NCBI GenBank assembly: GCA_963822965.1
Contig: CAWGJT010000014.1
Location: 256,001 to 320,000, forward strand
Reading direction: 5' to 3'
From: an uncultured delta proteobacterium
GTDB taxonomy: Bacteria > Myxococcota_A > UBA9160 > UBA4427
DNA: 64,000 nucleotides
Part shown: positions 28,271 to 39,328 of the stretch, piece by piece
Layout: every line of letters starts with the position of its first letter
Position numbering within the stretch: position 1 is the stretch's first letter
Translations under genes and position numbers: made by a program
Notes under the pieces: model-generated
Told to the model about the DNA's origin: nothing
Seen by the model: only the letters and a program-made list of their open reading frames with translations
The model's database searches: none

Positions 28271-30102
28271 TCCGGTCGCCGCTGGCCGTCGCGACGCTGT
28301 GGGGGCTCGTCTCGCTCGCCGCGTCCGGCGCGGGCGTTGCGGCTCCACCCGAAGCCTCCGTTACGGCCGAGACCTTCGACTACTTCTACGTCGAGGCCAA
28401 CGAGGGGGGCTCGGCCGGCGGCCACGCGGCCGTCCGCTTCGACGAGCACACGTACCACTTCCAGTATGCCCCGACCGGTCTGCTGGAGATGGCGCGTACA
28501 CCCACCTCGGACTTCCTGCAGGAGTACGCGCTGCTCTCCAACCGGTCCGTCCACGTCACGCGCGTGGCGGTGGACCCGGAGACCCGCGAGGCCATCCGCA
28601 GGGCCTTCGATCGTCGCTACTGGAGCCAGCAGCAGGAGCTGCACCACCTGGCGTTGCTCGAGCGGGTCCGGCAGTGGGTCGTCGAAGGATCGGTTCGGGC
28701 GCCGGTGGCCGGGGCGGGCTACTTCGACCCGGACGAGCCCTCGCCCGGGACTCGGCGTCTGCGCCAGCGGATCGAAGCGCGCTACGGAGGCGATGCCCTG
28801 GCTCGACGCGCGCAGGACGCGCGGGGGCAGGCGGGGCGGGACGCGGAGGCGATGGCCCCCGACCTGCCCGAGAGCCTCGAGGCCGCGACGGCGGCGCTCG
28901 CAGCCGTCGAGATCCTGCGAACGGGACGGGGCCTCGAGCAGGGTTGGCTCGTCGCGGACGGCGACGGGCGATCGGCGCTGAGCGAGGGCGAGCGAGACCG
29001 GCTGGCGGCGATCCGCGCCTCGTTGGAAGAGCGTCTGGTGGAGCTCTTCGCATCGCGCCGGCCCGACTGGGGAACGCCCTTCCTGGTCGGGGTCGCGCGC
29101 CTGCTCGCCCTCGACGCTTCGCTCGAACGGGGGCGGCTCGTCTTCCTGGACACCTTCCCGAGCGACGCGCCGACCGTCACGCCGCGCGGCGAACGCTGGC
29201 AGCAGGTCGGCCCGCGACTGCTCGATGAAGCCGGGCAGCGATTCGACTCGGCGAAGCAGGTCGTGCTCGCCCGGGACCGCTACCGCGAGCTCCACTTCGC
29301 GGCACTCGAGGCGGCTGCCAACCAGCTGGCCGACATGCGCGGCGGTGTCGAGCGGGGAGAGCCCATCCGAATGACGCGGGGACGGCTCTTGCCGCAACGC
29401 GCGGCGCTCGGCCCGGCTCTCGAGAACGTCCGGACGGAGCGCCTGTCGAGCGCGCTCCGTCTCGCCCACGCCACCGCTCGCGAAGCCCTCGAAGAACGCA
29501 ATCGCTACCACGTCATCGGCCGCAACTGTGTCTCGGCCATCTTCGAGACGATCGACACCGCCCTGGCCGGCCTGGCGGGCAGCGACTCCCCGGCGGCGGT
29601 CCGTGCCGAGTCGATCCGCCGTCTGGGTGGCTCCGTGGAGCCTGGCGATTCGCTGGCCTTCATTCCCTTCGTGTCCTCGCGACAGGTCCGCTCGCGCTAC
29701 CGCGTCGTCGATTCCTTCGTCCTGCTCTCCGATCGCAAGGCCCGATTGCAGGAGATGCGTCGCGACGAGCCCGACGTGTGGGTCGCTCTGCGCGAGTCGA
29801 ACGTGCTCACGTCCACCATCTACGAGCGGAGCCGGGAGGACTCGCTATTCCTCTTCTTCACCGAGGATCCCGTGGTCGCGCGGCCGATCCAGGGCGCGCT
29901 GAACCTGGCGGTGGGTGTGGGTGGGAGCGCCGCCGGCCTCTTGTGGGCGCCCTTCGATCGGGGCGAGCTGCTCCTCGACGGTCTCCGCGGCGTGCTGGCC
30001 AGCGTCCCCGAGCTCTTCTTCGTGAACATCCGAAAGGGCTCCAACGACTACGTGCTGACCGGGTCCGAGCGCGAGAGGCTGCCCGGCGACCGCGCCTTCT
30101 GA
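28267..30102 (+). CDS. exported hypothetical protein with permuted papain-like His...Asn-Cys motifs
   Basis: Signal peptide, 'GGHAAVRF', 'YHVIGRNCVS', C-terminal hydrophobic hairpin; translationally coupled to the lipoprotein. Confidence 0.65.
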   Translation: MIRSPLAVATLWGLVSLAASGAGVAAPPEASVTAETFDYFYVEANEGGSAGGHAAVRFDEHTYHFQYAPTGLLEMARTPTSDFLQEYALLSNRSVHVTRVAVDPETREAIRRAFDRRYWSQQQELHHLALLERVRQWVVEGSVRAPVAGAGYFDPDEPSPGTRRLRQRIEARYGGDALARRAQDARGQAGRDAEAMAPDLPESLEAATAALAAVEILRTGRGLEQGWLVADGDGRSALSEGERDRLAAIRASLEERLVELFASRRPDWGTPFLVGVARLLALDASLERGRLVFLDTFPSDAPTVTPRGERWQQVGPRLLDEAGQRFDSAKQVVLARDRYRELHFAALEAAANQLADMRGGVERGEPIRMTRGRLLPQRAALGPALENVRTERLSSALRLAHATAREALEERNRYHVIGRNCVSAIFETIDTALAGLAGSDSPAAVRAESIRRLGGSVEPGDSLAFIPFVSSRQVRSRYRVVDSFVLLSDRKARLQEMRRDEPDVWVALRESNVLTSTIYERSREDSLFLFFTEDPVVARPIQGALNLAVGVGGSAAGLLWAPFDRGELLLDGLRGVLASVPELFFVNIRKGSNDYVLTGSERERLPGDRAF

Positions 30103-30201
30103 GTCCGCGGCCGAGCCCCGCCTCGTCGATCTCGGGCTCGTCCGGATGGGCGGGGCGCTGCACTTCGCCGTAGAGTTTCCGTCGACCGGAGGGTCAGCCA
30201 G

Positions 30202-31185
30202 ATGGACACCAAGGGCGCGCAGCGCGACGAGTCGGGCCGCTCGGAGTCGGGACGGGACGCCGGGGTCCTCGCGCACTGGATGGAGCCCGTCGTCGGCGCC
30301 CTCGACCACGCGGCGGCGGCCGAGATCCAGCGGGATCCCTTCCGGCGCGATCCGCGAGCCGTGCGGGAATGGCTCCCGTACTTCCAGGCCCAGGCGCGCT
30401 ACTTCGGCAGCGAGATCCGCGGCTGGGAGAACCTGCCCGCGCAGGGTCCCTTCCTGGTGGTCGCCAACCACTCGGGCGGGGCCCAGACCAGCGACTCGGC
30501 TGCCTTCCTCGCGCGCTGGATCGAAGAGCGCGGCGCCGAGGCGCCGATCTACTCGCTCGCCTATGACCTGCTCTTCGCCTACCCGGTGGTGGGACGGCTG
30601 CTGCCCCGGCTCGGCGTCGTGCCCGCCAACCCCGAGAACGCGCGAAAGGCCCTCGCCATGGGTGCGCCGGTCCTCGTCTTCCCGGGCGGGGACGAGGAGG
30701 TCTTCCGTCCCTGGACCGAACGCAACAAGATCCAGTTCGGCGCACACCGGGGCTTCCTCGCGCTTGCCCTCGAAGTGGGGGTTCCCGTCGTGCCGTTGAC
30801 CATCCACGGGGCTCACGAGTCGACCTTCGTGCTGACGCGCGGGCGCCGCATCGCGCGTGCCATGTCCCTGGGACGTCTCCGCGTGAAGGTCTTCCCCTGG
30901 ATCTGGAACATTCCCTTCGGGCCCGCCCCGGCCTTCGTTCCCTCGCTCCCCCTTCCCGCGAAGGTCACCGTCCAGATCGGCGAGCCCCTCGACTGGTCGG
31001 GCCACGGCCCGGAGAAGGCCCACGACCCCGAGGTACTCCGGCGCTGCTACGACGAGGTCACGGGCGTGATGCAGCGGACCCTCGACGCCCTGGCCCGGGA
31101 GCACCCCTATCCTGTGCTGACGCGACTCAACGAGCTGCGCCCGATCCACGTCCTGCGGCGCCTCCTGGCGCGAGAGCGGGACTGA
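30202..31185 (+). CDS. lysophospholipid/DAG acyltransferase (PlsC-like)
   Basis: 'VANHSGG...D', 'FPGGD.E', 'VPVVP'. Confidence 0.85.
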   Translation: MDTKGAQRDESGRSESGRDAGVLAHWMEPVVGALDHAAAAEIQRDPFRRDPRAVREWLPYFQAQARYFGSEIRGWENLPAQGPFLVVANHSGGAQTSDSAAFLARWIEERGAEAPIYSLAYDLLFAYPVVGRLLPRLGVVPANPENARKALAMGAPVLVFPGGDEEVFRPWTERNKIQFGAHRGFLALALEVGVPVVPLTIHGAHESTFVLTRGRRIARAMSLGRLRVKVFPWIWNIPFGPAPAFVPSLPLPAKVTVQIGEPLDWSGHGPEKAHDPEVLRRCYDEVTGVMQRTLDALAREHPYPVLTRLNELRPIHVLRRLLARERD

Positions 31186-31238
31186 CCCGCCGGCCCGAGT
31201 CTCGGCCGCCCACCCAACACCCACCTGGAGAATCAGCC

Positions 31239-32393
31239 TTGGCCCGAAGAGTCCTTCGCACTCCCCTCTGTGACCTGCTCGGCATCGAGTACCCCATCCT
31301 GAGCGCGGGCATGGGCCCGAGCCTCATCGGCGAGACCACCGGCGCCCCGGTGGACCTCGTCGTCGCCGTCTCGGAGGCGGGCGGTCTCGGTGTGCTGGGC
31401 GGCGCCGGCTACACGGTGGACGGGCTGCGCGAGGCGATCCGCGAGATCCGCGGGCGCACCGACAAGCCCTTCGGCGTGGACGTGCTGCTGCCGGCCGCCA
31501 TCGTGAACGCTGGCGACCAGCCGGATCGGGGCGACGCCAGGATTCCCCTGCGCGAAGCCATCAAGTCCCTGCCGAAGGCCCACTACGAGTGGCTGATGAA
31601 GGTGAAGCGGGAGCTGGACCTGCCGGATACCGAGGCGTCCGTGGCCGGTGGCACGACCACCACGCGCCCGCACGCGGCCGTGGCCGTCTGCATCGAGGAG
31701 CAGGTGCCGCTCTTCTGCGCCGGCCTCGGCGACCCGGGCTTCATGGTGAAGGCCGCGCACGGGGTCGGCATGAAGGTGCTGGGCATCGCGGGCAACGCGA
31801 AGAACGCGGGTCGCATCGCACGCTCGGGCGCCGACCTGGTGGTCGCCCAGGGACACGAGGGCGGCGGCCACACCGGCCGCGTCGGCTCGCTGGCGCTGTG
31901 GCCCCAGGCCATCGACGCCGCCGCCCCGACGCCCGTGCTCGCCGCCGGGGGCGTCGGCGACGGCCGGGGCGTGGCGGCCGCCCTGGCGATGGGGTGTCTC
32001 GGCGTCTGGGTGGGCACCCGCTTCCTGGCCTCGGACGAGGGCGGCGCGCTGCCCGTCCAGAAGCAGGCCATGGTCGATGCCACCGACGAGGACACCCGGC
32101 GCACGTACATCTACACGGGCAAGACGTCCCGGGCGACCTACAACCGCTTCCACGACCTGTGGGAGGAGTCCGGGCTGGAGCCGCTTCCCTTCCCCACCCA
32201 GGTGATCCTCGCCTCGGCTCTCGTCGACATGTTCAACACCGCCGGGATCAAGGAGTACGTGGGCCCGTTCGCGGGACAGGTCGTGGGCCTGATCCACGAC
32301 ATCAAGCCGGCCGCGCAGATCGTCGAGGACATGGTCGAGGAGGCCGCGGACATCCTCGGCCGGCGGCTGCGGGAGACGGTGACCGTCGGCTGA
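31239..32393 (+). CDS. nitronate monooxygenase-family flavoprotein
   Basis: 'YPILSAGMG', 'AQGHEGGGHTG', 'AAGGVGDGRG', 'AGQVVGLI'. Confidence 0.88.
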   Translation: MARRVLRTPLCDLLGIEYPILSAGMGPSLIGETTGAPVDLVVAVSEAGGLGVLGGAGYTVDGLREAIREIRGRTDKPFGVDVLLPAAIVNAGDQPDRGDARIPLREAIKSLPKAHYEWLMKVKRELDLPDTEASVAGGTTTTRPHAAVAVCIEEQVPLFCAGLGDPGFMVKAAHGVGMKVLGIAGNAKNAGRIARSGADLVVAQGHEGGGHTGRVGSLALWPQAIDAAAPTPVLAAGGVGDGRGVAAALAMGCLGVWVGTRFLASDEGGALPVQKQAMVDATDEDTRRTYIYTGKTSRATYNRFHDLWEESGLEPLPFPTQVILASALVDMFNTAGIKEYVGPFAGQVVGLIHDIKPAAQIVEDMVEEAADILGRRLRETVTVG

Positions 32394-32395
32394 GG

Positions 32396-32560
32396 CTAGA
32401 GCCCATCTCACAAACCCGCTCGGTCGCCAGGCGGCGTCTTCGCCCCGATCTCATCGTTGCGAAACCTCGCCGTAGCGACACTACGCCTTCGCTTTCGCGC
32501 CTCGATCTCGGGCCGAACTCGCTCGCCTGGCTCGGTCGGGGTTTGTGAGATGGGCTCTAG
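32396..32560 (-). mobile_element. 165-bp palindromic MITE-like element (copy 1)
   Basis: Perfect 22-bp terminal IR CTAGAGCCCATCTCACAAACCC (32396-32417 / 32539-32560), CTAG at both ends, nested internal IRs, central hairpin at 32471-32485. Confidence 0.8.
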
Positions 32561-34720
32561 GCGGGCGGCTTTCGCACGTCGACCAGGATGCCCGACAGGT
32601 GCGACATGCCCGAGAGCTTCTCGATGTGGTCGGGACCGTCTCCCGCCAGCAGGTTCGAGTTGACCCCCGGATGCTTGCGCGCGTGGCGGAGACCCCGGGC
32701 CTTCGCGTGTCCCCAGCACTGCGGGATCGCGATGGTGCGGGGCATCATCTCGTCGGTCACGCGCGCCGGGATGCGGATGCGCCCGTAGGCGGACGCGACC
32801 TCGACCTCGTCCCGGTCGGCGACCCCCAGGCGCTGCGCGTCCTCGGGGCTCAGGTAGGCGTAGTTCGTCACCTCCTTCACGAGATCCTCCGCGTTCGACG
32901 ACGAGGTGTTCATGCGCCGGATCTCCCGCTTGCCGATGAGCTTGATGCGGTCGGCGCTGGCCAGCTCCTCCCGGTAGCGCTCGTCGGCCGCGGCGAGGAA
33001 GGTGGCGACGATCTCCCGCGGCGCGAGAGCCACCTTGCCGTCCTTCGTGAGGACGCGTTCGGTGCCCAGGAAGTCGCCGCCGCGGGGCTCGGGCAGGAGG
33101 ATGCCGTGGGGGTGCTCGCGCGCGAGGGTCTTGCGGCCGGGCAGGCCTCCCTTCTTCAGCATGCCGTCGATCAGCAGGCCGGGCACGTCGAGGCGTCGGC
33201 CGAGGGGAGAGCTCGAGAGCCGCGCCGCGGTCTTGGCGGCGAAGCTCGCCAGCCGGTTGCCGAAGAGCGTGAGTCCCAGCTCGTCGGCGAGGCGGGTGTA
33301 CATCCACCACTCCGGGCGCACGCCCGGCGGCGGCGCGAGGACGGCGTCCGCGAAGATCATGTACGGCGTCGGCGTGCAGCCCGCGAAGCTCTGCAGCGCG
33401 TAGGGGATCTCCGGACGCTCGAGCCAGGTGGTGGCGGGAAGCACGTAGTGCGCCAGGTCGCCGGCCTCGTTGCGGAACAGGTCGATGCTCACCAGCAGCT
33501 CGAGCCGTGCCAGGGCCTCGTCCAGGCGCCCGTCCGGGTTGCTGCACGCGAGCAGCGGATTGCTCGCCTCCACGATCAGCGCGCCCACGCGGCCGGCCAG
33601 GATGTCGTCGGCGAGCATGCCCGCGGGCTGCTGGCCGGAGACCGTCGGCAGGCCGTCCTCGCGATCGTGGCTCGTCATCATCTGCGGGTCGGCGGTCACC
33701 TCCTTCGCCATGTCGAAGAGGCCGGTGCCCATCAGGGTGCCGCCCCGGCGATCCAGGTTGCCCGACACGGCGTTGATGCACTCGAGCAGCCAGAAGCAGA
33801 GGGTGCCGCTGCGCCCCTGGTTGACGCCCGTCGCCATGTAGAGGGCGGCGCCCTCGGCGGCGGCGTGCGCCCGGACGAGCTCGCGCAGGGCTTCGGCGGC
33901 GACGCCGGTGGCCGCTGCCTGGCGCTCGGGCGTCCAGGGCGCCACGGCGCGCTCCAGCTCGGCGAAGCCCGACATGTGGCGATCGACGCGATCCCGGTCC
34001 ACGGCGCCGATCCGGATCAGCTCGTTGCAGAATGCGGCGAGGAAGAAGAGGTCGGTGTCGGGGCGGATGAAGAGGTGCTCGCCGGCCTGGGCGGTCTCGA
34101 TGCGCCGGGGGTTGACGAAGACGGCGCGACCGCCCCGAGCGACGACCGCCTTGAAGCGCTCGCGCGCCCGGGGCAGATGATAGAGCGTGTTCCCCGAGAC
34201 GGCGGGATTGGCGCCGAGCACCATCACGAACCCGCAGCGATCGATGTCGGGATGGGCCAACCGCATGGGCGAGCCGTACATGTCCTCGTTCACGCGGAAC
34301 TTGTTCATCGTGTCGCAGGTGCCGGTGCCGTACATGCGCTTGGAGCCGAGCGCGGCGAAGAGGGCGCCCCGGAAGAGCGGAGCGAGCACGTTGGCGCCGC
34401 CCGCGCGATCCCACGAAGTGACCGACGGCCTGGGGGCCGCGACGCTCGCGCACGTCCTGGATCTTCGCGGCGATCTCGCGCAGCGCCTGCTTCCAGGAGA
34501 TCTCCGTCCAGGTGTCTCCCGTGCGCTTGAGCGGCTGGGTGACGCGGTCCGAGCTGTGCTGGGTCGAGGCGTAGCGCGTGCCCTTCACGCACGCATGGCC
34601 GCGGCTCACCACGTGCTCGGGGTCGGGCTGGATCTCGACGATGCGGTTGCCCTCGACCTCCACGCGCAGGCCGCAGGTGGCCTCGCAGATGCGGCAGAAC
34701 GTGTAGTGGGTCTCGGACAT
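32557..34720 (-). CDS. molybdopterin (Mo-bisPGD) oxidoreductase with N-terminal 4Fe-4S, frameshifted near ~34405
   Basis: 'CRICEATCG...CVKG', 'GANPAVS', 'PDTD', 'AHYVLPATTWLE', C-terminal 'WGH...GVNSN'; no signal peptide. Confidence 0.88.
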
Positions 34721-34733
34721 GCGGGCTCCTCGC

Positions 34734-35193
34734 TCACGCTCGCGGGCGATGCGTGCGGGCGGACCAGGAGCGTAGCCGCCCGATCGCGGATCCGGAGCAG
34801 GGTGGGCGGGTCGGCGAGAAGGGATACCTCGCCGCTCGCATAGGCGGGATACTTCGCGCGCAGCGCCGCCAGCGCCGCGGCCACCTCGGGATCGTCCTCC
34901 CGCGCGGGTCGCACCACCGCCGCTTCCCCATCCACGCGCAGCCACCAGAGCTCGCTCCAGTCCGGCGTGTACTCGTCGAGCAGCAGGGCGACCCGGCGGT
35001 CGCCGCGGACGTGGCGGATGCGCGCGAGCTCAGCGCCGCGCTTCGGCTTGCCGTCGACCGGGCTCCACAGCGCGCCGGCGGCCCGGGCGAAGACGACCGG
35101 AACGAGGTGCGGTCCTTCGGGGCCGATGGTCGCCAGGCGTGCGACCGGCCAGGTCTCGAGCAGCTCGTCGATGCGGGTTCGGGACAGGGACAC
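34734..35193 (-). CDS. PPOX-class (TIGR03668-like) F420/FMN-binding protein, 3' frameshift near ~34785
   Basis: 'VARLAT...PHLVPVVFA...VDGKPK...D.Y..DWSELWW.R..G...KYPAY'. Confidence 0.8.
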
Positions 35194-35246
35194 GAGCGGG
35201 GATGCTACCGAAGCGCCGCCGGTCGGCTCGGTGTAGGATCGCGGTC

Positions 35247-35920
35247 ATGCCCGTGCGGAGCGAGTCCGTCGAAGTCGAGGGGGGCGGGGTACCCGTCCAG
35301 GTGGTGGGGCCCGAGGACGCGCGGAACGTTCCCGGGCTCGTGGTGGTACCGTCGATCTTCGGGCCGGCGCCGGATCTCGTCGAGCGCCTCTCGCAGCTCG
35401 CCGACGTGCGCGCTCGTCGTCGTCGCGGATCCCTTCTGGCGCGTCGGGGGCGGGGTCGTTCCGTACGACGACCACGCCGGCGCCATCGGCCGCCTGAAAG
35501 GCTTCGACCGCGACCTCTGCTTCTCGGACATGCGCGCCGTCATCGACTGGACCCGCGCGCGCTGCAACGGCCGGGTGGCCGGTCTCGGCATCTGCTTCGG
35601 GGGGCCCGTGGTGCTCGTGGCGGCCGGGGAAGGTGCGCTCGACGGCGTGGTGACCTGGCACGGCAGCCGGATGGAGAGCTACCTCGAGCGCGCGGCCGAG
35701 ATCACCTGCCCGCTGCGCTTCCACTTCGGCGAGGCCGACCCGATCAGCCCGCCCGAGGCGATCGAGAAGATCCGCGCCGCGTTCGCGCATCACCCGGACG
35801 CATCCTTCGTGGTGCACCCGGGCCTCGATCACGGCTTCAGCCACGACGGGGCGAGCTACGACGCGGACGCCACGCGGGCCGGGCTCGAGGCGGCGCGAGT
35901 CGCTGCTGGCGACGCTGTGA
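35247..35920 (+). CDS. dienelactone hydrolase family, frameshifted (~35408, ~35898)
   Basis: 'PSIFG', nucleophile 'GICFGG', 'FGEAD', 'HGF'. Confidence 0.82.
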
Positions 35921-35967
35921 GCGCCTCGACGCGTCCGGGCGCGCGCCTCCCTTGCGCGCCTGCCCCG

Positions 35968-36769
35968 CTACTGCCCCTGCATGGGATCGATTCGTCGGTA
36001 GTCGGACGGCACGTCGAAGGTGGCGGCGGGCAGCGGCTCCTCTCGCGCGCTCTGGAGCTTCGTCTCGGTGGCAGGCTTGCCGTTCTCGAAGCTGCGGCTC
36101 GCGACGGGGAACCCGCCGATCTTGCCGTACTCGGCGACCTGTCGGCCCGCCGCCTGCTGGAGCCAGGGTGCGTCGAGGGAGGTGAGCATCTGCTCCATGA
36201 GGGCGCCCATCTTCGTGGCCGCGTCGTAGATCGTCTGGCCACCGGTGAGGGTGCCCGGGGCCACGACGCACAGCTCGTTCGTGAGGGTCGTGCCGTCCAG
36301 CACCTCGACGTACTTGCACGAGCGTCCGCCGATCGTGGCCGTGCGCGACGTCTTCCGCACGACGGGCGGGTCGGCGGGCAGCCCGCCGGGCATCCCGGCC
36401 GGCATCATGCTCTCCATCATCTTGCGCTGCTCCGGCGGCAGGGAAGCCATCCGCTCGCGCATCTGGGCGAGCGCCGGGTTGATCCGGTCCGCGATGCGCT
36501 TGATGGCTTCCCGGTCGATCGCGGTGTAGGAGCGTTCGGGGCGGGTCGACGAAGTAGACCGTGTCGTTCTTGAAGATCATGTAGCTCGGCGTCGGCTGCG
36601 CCGCCCTGGTCGATGCGCAGCTTTCCGGCGTCGGCCTTCAGCGACCGTCTTCTGGTCGGCGCGGCTCGCCTCGCAGGTCCTTGGTGACCGATTCCATGAC
36701 GGCCCCGGCGAAGGCGTGGGTGGCACACAGAAGCGACGAGACCAGGACCAACGCGCCGGTACGTACCAC
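35968..36769 (-). CDS. DUF4412-like exported protein, frameshifted
   Basis: Signal peptide ending 'AFA', 'TIGGRSC', 'GFPV', 'F.VPSDY'; split over several frames. Confidence 0.6.
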
Positions 36770-36859
36770 GAGCTTCCCTCCAGAAGACGCCTGTTCGCGA
36801 CGGGAGTCAGGTTAGGGGAGCGAGGCAGCCTGCGAAAGCGCGTCGCGCGTGTCTCGGAG

Positions 36860-37326
36860 TCAGCTTCTCGCGGCGGTGTCCAGCAGCTTCTCGATGGACG
36901 CCGCCGGAACGGCGCCCGAGGAGCGCGTCGCTTCGCGCCCGTTGGCCAGAACCACCAGCGTCGGAATCGAGCGGATGCCGAAGCGCTGGGAGAGCCCGGG
37001 CAGGGCCTCGGTGTCGACCTTGAGCACCAGCGCCCGCCCGGCGCGGGCGCGCGCCGCCTTCTCGAGCTCGGGGGCCAGCATGCGACACGGGCGGGCACCA
37101 GTCCGCCCAGAAGTCCACGAGGACCGGCAGCGCCGACGCGGTGGTCGCGGCTTCGAACACGGCTTCGGACGGAACCGGGAACGGGCTCGGCGGGCGGGGC
37201 GATGGGCCCGTGGCAGCGGGCACAGCGCGCGGGGGCTCCGAGCTTCGCGTAGGACAGGCGGACCGTCGCTCCGCACGCGGGGCACGGCACGCGCACGCCC
37301 TTCGGGTCGAGCTCGAGCATGCTCAT
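36860..37326 (-). CDS. trxC: thioredoxin 2 (zinc-finger TrxC), frameshifted
   Basis: CPAC...CARC zinc finger, 'VLVDFWADWCPP(C)', 'FGIRSIPTL'. Confidence 0.82.
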
Positions 37327-37477
37327 GGGGGCTCCTTCTGCGGGCGCCCAAGCCTCGGCACGCCGGGCGGAATGGCAAGGCGCCGCGGAGGAAGCCGCCC
37401 CACCCACGCGGATCTTGGCGGCCGGCCGGGCGGGTGGGATACTCCGCTCCGACCCGCCCGGACCGGGGAGGAAGCAC

Positions 37478-38330
37478 ATGCCGCTGCGGATCGAAGCCAC
37501 CGGAGCGACCCTGGGAGCCGTGGTGACCGGCGTCGACCTGGCCCTGCTCGACGACCCGTCCTGGCGAGCGATCGAGGCCGCCTTCCACGAGCATGCGCTG
37601 CTCGTGTTCCCGGGTCAGCACCTGGCCTCTCCCCTGCAGGTCGCCTTCGCCCGTCGCTTCGGCGACATCGAGCACTTGTACGGGGACTCCGGCGTGGTTC
37701 CCATCAGCAACCAGCGGCGCGACGGCAGCTTGCTGGAGGATCACGAGCCGGCGATGCAGGTGATGCGGGGCAACGAGGGCTGGCACACGGACAGCTCCTA
37801 CATGCCGATCTCCGCCAGGGCCTCGGTGCTCTCGGCGCACGTGGTTCCGGCGGCGGGCGGGGAGACCGAGTGGGCGGACATGCGCGCCGCCTACGACGCC
37901 CTCGACGCGGGGACCCGCGAGCGCATCGCGGGCCTCGAGGCCTTCCATTCCCTGCGCGTCTCCCAGGCCCGCATCGGCCACACCGATCCCGGATATCGCG
38001 GGATACGGCTTCCAGGTCGCCGATCCGCCGCTGCGTCCGCTGGTGAAGATCCATCCGGTGACCGGCCGGGCGGCGCTCTTCATCGGCCGCCACGCCTTCG
38101 GAATCCCCGGCCTCGACCCCATCGAGTCGGAGAAGTTGCTCGACGAGCTTCTCGAGCACGCGTGTCGGCCGCCGCGGGTCCACCGCCACGCGTGGCAGCC
38201 CGGGGACCTCGCCATCTGGGACAACCGCTGCGTGCTGCACCGGGCGAGGCCGTACGATCACCGCCAGGTGCGCATCATGAGGCACACGCGCATCGCCGGT
38301 GACCCGGCCAGCGAGTCGGCATCGGACTGA
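37478..38330 (+). CDS. TauD/TfdA Fe(II)/2-oxoglutarate dioxygenase, frameshifted near ~37995
   Basis: 'WHTDSSY', 'GGETEWADM..AYD', 'HPVTGR', 'WDNRCVLHR'. Confidence 0.88.
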
Positions 38331-38386
38331 TTCGGGCGCGCGCACTCCGGGCGCACCGCGAAGCCGCACCGCGAGAGGATGGACGC

Positions 38387-39250
38387 GTGAGCGACGATCG
38401 ACGGGAGCCGGAGCCGCATCGGTTCGACCGCGACACCCACGTCACGCCGGCCGAGCGGGGGCCGCAGGACGATGCGGCCACCGCCGTCTTCGACGCTCGT
38501 ATCGACCCCGGCTGGTGGATCGTTGCCGGCCCGAACGGCGGCTATCTGGCCGCGATCCTGCTGCGCAGCATGATCGAGGCGGTGGGCGACGCGTCGCGCG
38601 AGCCCCGCAGCCAGACCACGCACTTCACCGCCCGACCGCAGCTCGGCCCGGCTCGCCTCGTGGTGCGCGTCGAACGCAGCGGGCGCTCGCTCTCGACGGT
38701 CACCGCCCGGCTCGAGCAGGAGGGACACCTGGTGGCCCTCTCGGTGGGCGCCCTGGGCACGAAGCGCGAAGGGGACGGCCCGTCCTTCCAGGAGGTCCAC
38801 ATGCCGGAGGTGCCGCCCCCCGCATCCGTGCCGCCCCGGCCCGTGGAGGAGGGCCCGAGCTTCGCCTTCCGGGGACGATACGAGCTACGGCCCGTCTTCG
38901 GGCTGGGTGACCCGGCCCCGGAAGCTCCGGCGGTTACGGGGGGCTGGATCCGACCGGTGGGGCCGCGGGCCGGGGACGCACCGCTCGTGGCCGCTCTCTG
39001 CGACGCCTGGCCGCCCGCGGTCTTCCGGAAGCTCGGCGCCGCAGAGGGCAGTCGTGGGGTTCCGACCGTCGAGCTGACGGTGCACTTCCGCGCGCCCGAC
39101 GTCGTCCGGCGCCTCGCGCCCGACGCCCACTACCTCGTCCGCTTCGCGACGCGCATGGCTCGCGACGGATTCGTGGAGGAGGACGGCGAGATCTGGTCCG
39201 AGACGGGCACGCTGCTCGCCCAGTCCCGGCAGCTCGCCCTGCTCGTCTGA
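38387..39250 (+). CDS. acyl-CoA thioesterase (TesB-like double hotdog)
   Basis: 'GPNGGY', 'GRS', 'DAWPP', 'PTVELTVHF', 'AQSRQLA'. Confidence 0.85.
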   Translation: MSDDRREPEPHRFDRDTHVTPAERGPQDDAATAVFDARIDPGWWIVAGPNGGYLAAILLRSMIEAVGDASREPRSQTTHFTARPQLGPARLVVRVERSGRSLSTVTARLEQEGHLVALSVGALGTKREGDGPSFQEVHMPEVPPPASVPPRPVEEGPSFAFRGRYELRPVFGLGDPAPEAPAVTGGWIRPVGPRAGDAPLVAALCDAWPPAVFRKLGAAEGSRGVPTVELTVHFRAPDVVRRLAPDAHYLVRFATRMARDGFVEEDGEIWSETGTLLAQSRQLALLV

Positions 39251-39328
39251 CCCTGCTCGTCCCACACAGGCGCCCCGGGCCGGTGAAATCCGCGGGCACC
39301 GGCGGAGCGGCTACGCGATTCTCCCGGG

